Positions 59,136 to 64,000 of a DNA stretch of 64,000 nt are shown here, one piece after another. The stretch is taken from positions 157,221 through 221,220 of the forward strand of contig CAWHFZ010000010.1 of NCBI GenBank assembly GCA_963828745.1, read 5' to 3'. The notes beneath the pieces were generated by a model, which ran no database searches, had not been told where the DNA came from, and saw only the letters and a list, made by a program, of their open reading frames with translations. A program made the position numbers and the translations under genes. Every line of letters starts with the position of its first letter. Position 1 is the stretch's first letter. The stretch is from Vicinamibacteria bacterium (GTDB lineage: Bacteria; Acidobacteriota; Vicinamibacteria; Vicinamibacterales; JAENWD01).

Positions 59136-61326
59136 ATGCCGCAGACCTGGTTGCTGCTCGCCGCGTTGCTGTCCGCTCAGGAGGCGGCACCGACCGGGGT
59201 CCGGGGTATTGTCGTGGACGACTCCGGCGCGGCGATTGTTGGGGCCACTGTCGCAGCGGAAGCACGTGACGCCACCTGTCGTACGGTCAGCAGCGATGGT
59301 GGCACCTTCGACCTGACATGCGCCAGGCCTGGGGACGCGATCCAGGTCCAGGCGCGCGGATTTCGTCCGGCCGACGTCCGCGCTACCGCTGATCCGTTTC
59401 GCGTGGCCCTCGCCCCGTCTTCGTACAGTGAGTCGGTCGTCGTCACCGCCACGCGCACCGACAGCGCCCGCACGTCACCGGCAGCGCCCGTTGCGATTCT
59501 CACTGCCGCCGATCTCGCCGCGATGCCGCCCGCGCCATTGGACGATGCGCTGAAGACGACGCCGGGCTTCAGCCTGTTCCGGCGCACGACCTCGAGGTCG
59601 TCCAATCCGACGACGCAGGGTGCTGGCCTGCGGGGTCTGTCGGCATCCGGTGCGAGCCGGGCCCTGGTGCTCGCCGACGGTACGCCGCTCAACGACCCGT
59701 TTGGCGGCTGGGTGTACTGGAGCCGGGTCCCGGCCGCAGCCATCGATCGCGTCGAAATGGTCCGCGGCGGGGCCAGCGACCTCTATGGCGCGGATGCGCT
59801 CGCCGGCGTCGTCCAGGTGCTGACGCGCCGGCCGGGGCAACCGGAGGCGCGGGTCGAACTGGACGGGGCGAGTCATTCGACGGGCCGGCTATCGCTCTTC
59901 GCGGGCGCCGCGCGGGACGGGTGGCGCGGCGCAGTGGCCGGCGAAAAGTTTTCGACCGACGGCTACATTTTGGTGCCGGCGCCGGACCGTGGGCCCATCG
60001 ACACGCCGGCCAACAGCCGGTACACGAGCGGTAGGGCAGAAGCCGGATATTCCACCTCGCCGATTTTCAGCGTGGACATTGTCGGCGATGTATTCGCAGA
60101 GCATCGCGACAACGGAACGCCTGTCCAGACCAACAGCACGGACATTCGGCAGCTCAGTGCCTCGGTGGGCGGAACGGCGAAAGGAAACACCTGGAGGATT
60201 GCCGGTCAAGCCGGCGATCAGAGCTACGATCAGGCGTTCTCGGCGATTGCCGCCGACCGCACGTCGGAAACGCTGACCTCCCGGCAGTACGTCCCCGCCT
60301 CGCAGTATTCGGTCGCGGCGATGTGGCAGCGTGTCTGGAGCGGCGTCGATCTCCTCGCCGGAATCGACACCCGATCCGTCGAAGCCACCAACAACGAACG
60401 GAGCTTTGCTCCCGACGGGACCGTCAGGGCGCTGACGTCCACGTCGGCGTTTCAACGCACGAGCGGGATTTACGTGCAGGCCACGGGCCGCCCCGCCTCG
60501 CGCGTCACGCTAATCGCTGGCGCGCGCGGCGATGTCCGGCAGCGCACCCGGGAAGAGGACTGGCTCGACGGCGATTCAGCGTTTTCGCCACGGATCGCGA
60601 CGGCATGGGCAGCGACCCCGCTCGTGACCATTCGTGGCAGCCTCGGCTGGTCGTTTCGCGCTCCGACGCTGAACGAGCGCTATCGCGGATTCCGCGCCGG
60701 CAACGTCGTCACGCTGCCCAACGCCGATCTTCGGCCCGAGTCGTTGCGCACCGTCGAAGGCAGCGTGCTCGTGACGCCGTCGCGTGGCGCGTTGCGAGTG
60801 ACCGTATTTCGCAATGACCTGTCGGACGCGGTGACGAACGTGACCGTGACGGCAACGCCCACGCTGATCACTCGAAGGCGCGAGAACGTGTCGAGCATCG
60901 ATGCGTGGGGCACGGAGCTCGAAGGGGAGTGGCGCGTGCGTACCGGGCTGACGCTCGTCGGCGCGTCCGCGTTCACGCGTTCGCGCTTCGCCGGCTATGC
61001 ACCGCTGGATGACCTGACCGTGCCGCAGGTGCCGGGATGGCAGTTTTCGCTGGGCCTTCGCGGAAGCGCTCCTGCGGACCTGGCGTACGCTGCTCAACGT
61101 GCGAGCCTTCGACGATCAGTTCGAGGACGATCGCAACACGCTCGTGCTTGGCTCTGGCTCCGTCGTCGACGTCACGGTCCAACGCCCGTTCGGCCGGAGG
61201 GCGACCGGTTTCGTGAGCCTCGAGAACCTATTCGACGTCGGCTACGACGTGGGCCGCACGCCCGTGCGGACGATTGGACAACCGTTCACCCTGCACGTGG
61301 GCGTGCGCGTGCTGGTCGGCCGGTAA
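59136..61326 (+). pseudogene. TonB-dependent receptor with carboxypeptidase-regulatory-like N-domain, 1 frameshift (~61075)
   Basis: Signal peptide. GIVVDDSGAAIVGATV. Plug: ESVVVTATR..ALKTTPGFS..LRGLSASGASRALVLADGTPLND..IDRVEMVRGGASDLYG. The last barrel strands are in ORF 61099-61326 (..GQPFTLHVGVRVLVGR). Confidence 0.8.
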
Positions 61327-61482
61327 CAAATCCCAGAGCCAGAGGCGAGCACCCCGGTCGTGCAGCCGCTGCCGGCACATCGCGCCGCGGCGCTCGATGA
61401 CACGCGTGTGCGCCACCCCGGTCAGCGGATGGCACGACACGTAAACCATGCAACCGCATTCAAGAGTCAGGTTGTAAGACAT
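61228..61482 (-). CDS. small Cys-rich hypothetical protein (3' end uncertain)
   Basis: ATG at 61482 with AGGGAG 7 nt upstream. MSYNLTLECGCMVYVSCHPLTGVAHTRVIERRGAMCRQRLHDRG... As read, the ORF overlaps the convergent TBDR 3' end by 99 nt. Confidence 0.5.
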   Translation of the reverse strand: MSYNLTLECGCMVYVSCHPLTGVAHTRVIERRGAMCRQRLHDRGARLWLWDLLPADQHAHAHVQGERLSNRPHGRAAHVVADVE

Positions 61483-61556
61483 CGTCGACTCCCTATGCGT
61501 TATACCGGCCGCGTTTGACGATTGGCCGACAACGGCGCGACGGAAACGAAAAACTT

Positions 61557-61694
61557 CGAAGGTCGCAAGGGTCGCAAGGGTCGCAAGGTCGAAAGGTCGC
61601 AAGGTCGAAAGGTCGAAAGGTCGAAGGTCGCAGAGTCTCGCGAGACCCTGCGACCCTGCGACCCTGCGACCCTGCGACCCTGCGACCTTGAGAC
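61557..61694. repeat. mirrored tandem arrays forming a long interrupted hairpin
   Basis: About 8 units of GGTCGMAAG, then the centre GAGTCTCGCGAGAC (palindromic), then about 5 units of CCTGCGAC, which is complementary to the left units. It ends exactly at the stop of the downstream TBDR. Confidence 0.85.
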
Positions 61695-64000
61695 CTAAAA
61701 GTTCAGTCTCAGCGCAAACTGCATCTGGCGATTCGTGCCGAGACCGACGGTACGTCCGACGGTGCTGGTCAGGCTGCCGAACGTGCCGGCGGCGGCTGAC
61801 GTGAACGGTTGTTCCGGCTGGATCTGGTTCGTGCCCGTGCCGAGCGCGCTCGGCAGCGTCGCTACGGGGTTCGAGAAGTTGTCGGTGTTGAACAGATTGA
61901 ACACTTCCCATCGGAACTCGACGTTGGCCGTTCCGATATCGAACCGCTTCGTCGCCAGAAAATCCATCTGCTTGAACGAGGGGCCGCGCAGCGCCCCGCG
62001 CTGCAGGTTGCCGAATTCGCCAGGCGCCGGGATGCTGAAGGCGGCGGGATTCAGCCACTGCAGCCCGTTCTTCAGATAGGGATCGACACCAGGAATCAGG
62101 TTCGGCCGCCGCACGTTACGCGACGAGCCGCCGCCCAGTGTATTGATGATCGCGCTCCGCCCAGCCGCCGCGCTGCCGAAGATATTCCCCGCCGCGTCCA
62201 TGTAGACGACGTCCGGGCGCGTGACGCGCACATCAATCGGCAGGCCGCTCCGCGCGTTCACGATCGCGCCGACATCCCACCCGCCGAGCAGGGCCTGGGT
62301 GAGGCCCGACGCGTTGCCCAGAATCCTGTGGCCGGCCCCAATCGGCAACGTGTAGAGCGCGCTGACGTTGAACGTATGGCGCACGTCGAACGCGTTGTAC
62401 CCGATGTCGTAGTCGTAGTCGAACGGGTTGCCGGCGGTCAGCGCTTCGTTCGACCCTGCAGTGTTGCCGTAGCTTTTGCCGAGTGTGTATTGCGAGTTCA
62501 GCGTCAGGCCGTTCGAGATCCGGCGCGCAAGGGACAACTGCATCGAGTTGTAGCTGTCGTGCCCGCCGCTGGTCTTGAAGTCGATCTCGGCAAACGGACG
62601 CTGGATGGTGCCGTTGACGATGTCGAACTCCCGGGTGATGACCGCGTTCTTCGTCGGATCGGCGTTGGTCTGCACCCCGATGATGCGGTTCGTAAAGTTG
62701 CGCAGGAAGAGATTGCGGCCCTGGCTGCCGACGTAGGCGGCCGTTGCGACGAGCTTCCACGGCAACTCGCGCTGCACGGAGGCCGAGTACTGGTAGACGC
62801 GCTCGGGAATCTCGTACTCGTTGGCGTACGCGCGCGGCTGGTAAGTGCGGTTGTTCGGGTTGCTGATGAAATTCGCACGTAGCAGAGTCGCATCGACAGG
62901 ATACTGTCCACCCGTAATTGTCGTGCTGATGCGATCGCTTTCAATCGGCTGAATCTGGTCTTCGGTCTGTCCGGGACCCACGAAGATGCCGAACCCGCCG
63001 CGGAGCACGGTACGGCCGTCGCCGGGCGCCCACGTCATCCCGACGCGTGGCTGGAAGTTGTTCTTCTTGCTCCCGTAGAACGGCGTGCCTTTCGGCTTCA
63101 GCGTGCCGGTGTCGATGTCGAAGATCACGGCGTTGTCGTCCGCTTCCTTGAGCGGCGTGTAGTACTCGTAGCGGAGACCGTAGTTCAACGTCACGCCGTT
63201 GGCGAGCTTCCACTCGTCCTGGGCGAATCCGATGGCGTAGTTCTGGACCGCCTTGCGCCGGCCGGTGACGCCGTCGTTGAACACGCTCGGCTCGCTCAGA
63301 TCGCCGAGGTACTGCACCTGCTGCCCGCGGTTGGCGAGGAAGTCGTTCAGGTTGGCAAACGTGTAGGTCGTGCCGCCCAGACGATCCGTGGTGAACCGGA
63401 TGAACCGTGCCTCACCGCCGAGCTTCAGGCTGTGCCGGCCCCGCGTCCACGTCAGCGCATCGATGATCGAGAGCGAGTAGGGGTTGTACGGGGTGCCGCG
63501 GCCATTGGCGGCGCTGTTCTGCCGCAGCAGCCCACCCGGCGAGGCGATGCCGGAACTCGCGCCCTGGCCGGAGATACCGGTGTTCGCCACGCTGCCGGTC
63601 AAGCTGATGGAAAGCTGCGACAGGTCGATGCTGTTCACGGTCGGCGCGATGCCGTCGATGCTGGTCGGCGCGGCGTTGTAGCCGAACTTCAGCTCGTTGA
63701 GCATCGAGGACGAGAGCACGCCTTGCAGGGCCACGATGCCGTTCGAGGGATTGGCTTCGATGTGCGAGCGGCGTCCGGTCACACCCTCGGGCTGGTCGTT
63801 CGTGCCCTGGTCGCGGAAGTAGCGTCCGTACACCGACCAGTTCGTGTTCAGCTTCTGGTCGATACGCACGTTGAACGAGTCTTCCTTGACCGTCGACACG
63901 CTCTGCAGCTGCAGGATGTCGTAGTCGGGGTTCGTCGACTTGCCGGCGAGCACGACTGCGCCCGGGCCACGGAAGGCGTCATACAACGGCTGGATGGCTC
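61695..64000 (-). CDS. TonB-dependent receptor, beta-barrel part (N-terminus beyond window end)
   Basis: The frame stays open to the window edge; the track's M at 63986 is an internal TTG. It has a Gly/Asn/Tyr-rich barrel composition and the canonical C-terminus ..QFALRLNF. Confidence 0.85.
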   Translation of the reverse strand, partial: AIQPLYDAFRGPGAVVLAGKSTNPDYDILQLQSVSTVKEDSFNVRIDQKLNTNWSVYGRYFRDQGTNDQPEGVTGRRSHIEANPSNGIVALQGVLSSSMLNELKFGYNAAPTSIDGIAPTVNSIDLSQLSISLTGSVANTGISGQGASSGIASPGGLLRQNSAANGRGTPYNPYSLSIIDALTWTRGRHSLKLGGEARFIRFTTDRLGGTTYTFANLNDFLANRGQQVQYLGDLSEPSVFNDGVTGRRKAVQNYAIGFAQDEWKLANGVTLNYGLRYEYYTPLKEADDNAVIFDIDTGTLKPKGTPFYGSKKNNFQPRVGMTWAPGDGRTVLRGGFGIFVGPGQTEDQIQPIESDRISTTITGGQYPVDATLLRANFISNPNNRTYQPRAYANEYEIPERVYQYSASVQRELPWKLVATAAYVGSQGRNLFLRNFTNRIIGVQTNADPTKNAVITREFDIVNGTIQRPFAEIDFKTSGGHDSYNSMQLSLARRISNGLTLNSQYTLGKSYGNTAGSNEALTAGNPFDYDYDIGYNAFDVRHTFNVSALYTLPIGAGHRILGNASGLTQALLGGWDVGAIVNARSGLPIDVRVTRPDVVYMDAAGNIFGSAAAGRSAIINTLGGGSSRNVRRPNLIPGVDPYLKNGLQWLNPAAFSIPAPGEFGNLQRGALRGPSFKQMDFLATKRFDIGTANVEFRWEVFNLFNTDNFSNPVATLPSALGTGTNQIQPEQPFTSAAAGTFGSLTSTVGRTVGLGTNRQMQFALRLNF

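Overview
GC-rich bacterial chromosomal window, roughly two-thirds G+C by eye (not computed). About 55 protein-coding genes are densely packed on both strands. I saw no rRNA, tRNA, CRISPR array, transposase, integrase or phage genes. The gene content suggests an Acidobacteriota-like soil bacterium, but that is inference only: TonB-dependent receptors with carboxypeptidase-regulatory-like N-termini, a MoxR/VWA Bat-like operon and glycoside hydrolases.

Main blocks:
- 1-9.9 kb: LytS/LytTR two-component pair, stand-alone NuoI-like ferredoxin, homocysteine methyltransferase/MTHFR fusion, GH51 and GH31.
- 9.9-18.6 kb: Lon, a Tat-exported Gfo/Idh/MocA (GH109-like) enzyme, and a KAS / FAD-reductase / membrane methyltransferase trio. 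All carry many apparent frameshifts.
- 18.7-24.4 kb: an esterase, then a four-gene cluster with three different ATP-dependent amide ligases (GCS2, ATP-grasp, GspS-like or circularly permuted ATP-grasp) and a GATase1-fold enzyme. This is my best candidate for an uncharacterised system.
- 25.1-27.8 kb: esterase / ATP-grasp / ICMT methyltransferase.
- 28.0-42.1 kb: an 8-gene MoxR-DUF58-VWA (Bat-like) operon extended by a TPR-zincin, DUF4159, DUF4175 and a caspase/legumain-like protein.
- 42.1-47.7 kb: rhomboid, FHA-GAF-PP2C, M28 peptidase, citrate synthase, YacG.
- 47.8-53.5 kb: a phosphate/polyphosphate island (phoU, pstB, ppx, CHAD, sixA, lipid kinase).
- 53.9-64 kb: OmpR-type regulator, glgC, GT2, PHP, O-methyltransferase and two TonB-dependent receptors.

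Intergenic DNA is unusually structured. It contains a REP-like hairpin family with a conserved (T)GTAGG head and compensatory stem changes. It also contains several families of 7-9 nt tandem arrays, GTCACGGAC-rich inverted arrays including a ~600 bp foldback with a multi-hairpin core, and one perfect 28-bp AT-rich palindrome.

About 17 genes are interrupted by single-frame shifts, and these cluster non-randomly. I cannot tell sequencing indels from real pseudogenes, so they are typed pseudogene here meaning 'frameshifted as given'.

All product calls come from motif recognition in the supplied translations or my own hand translations. No database search was run.
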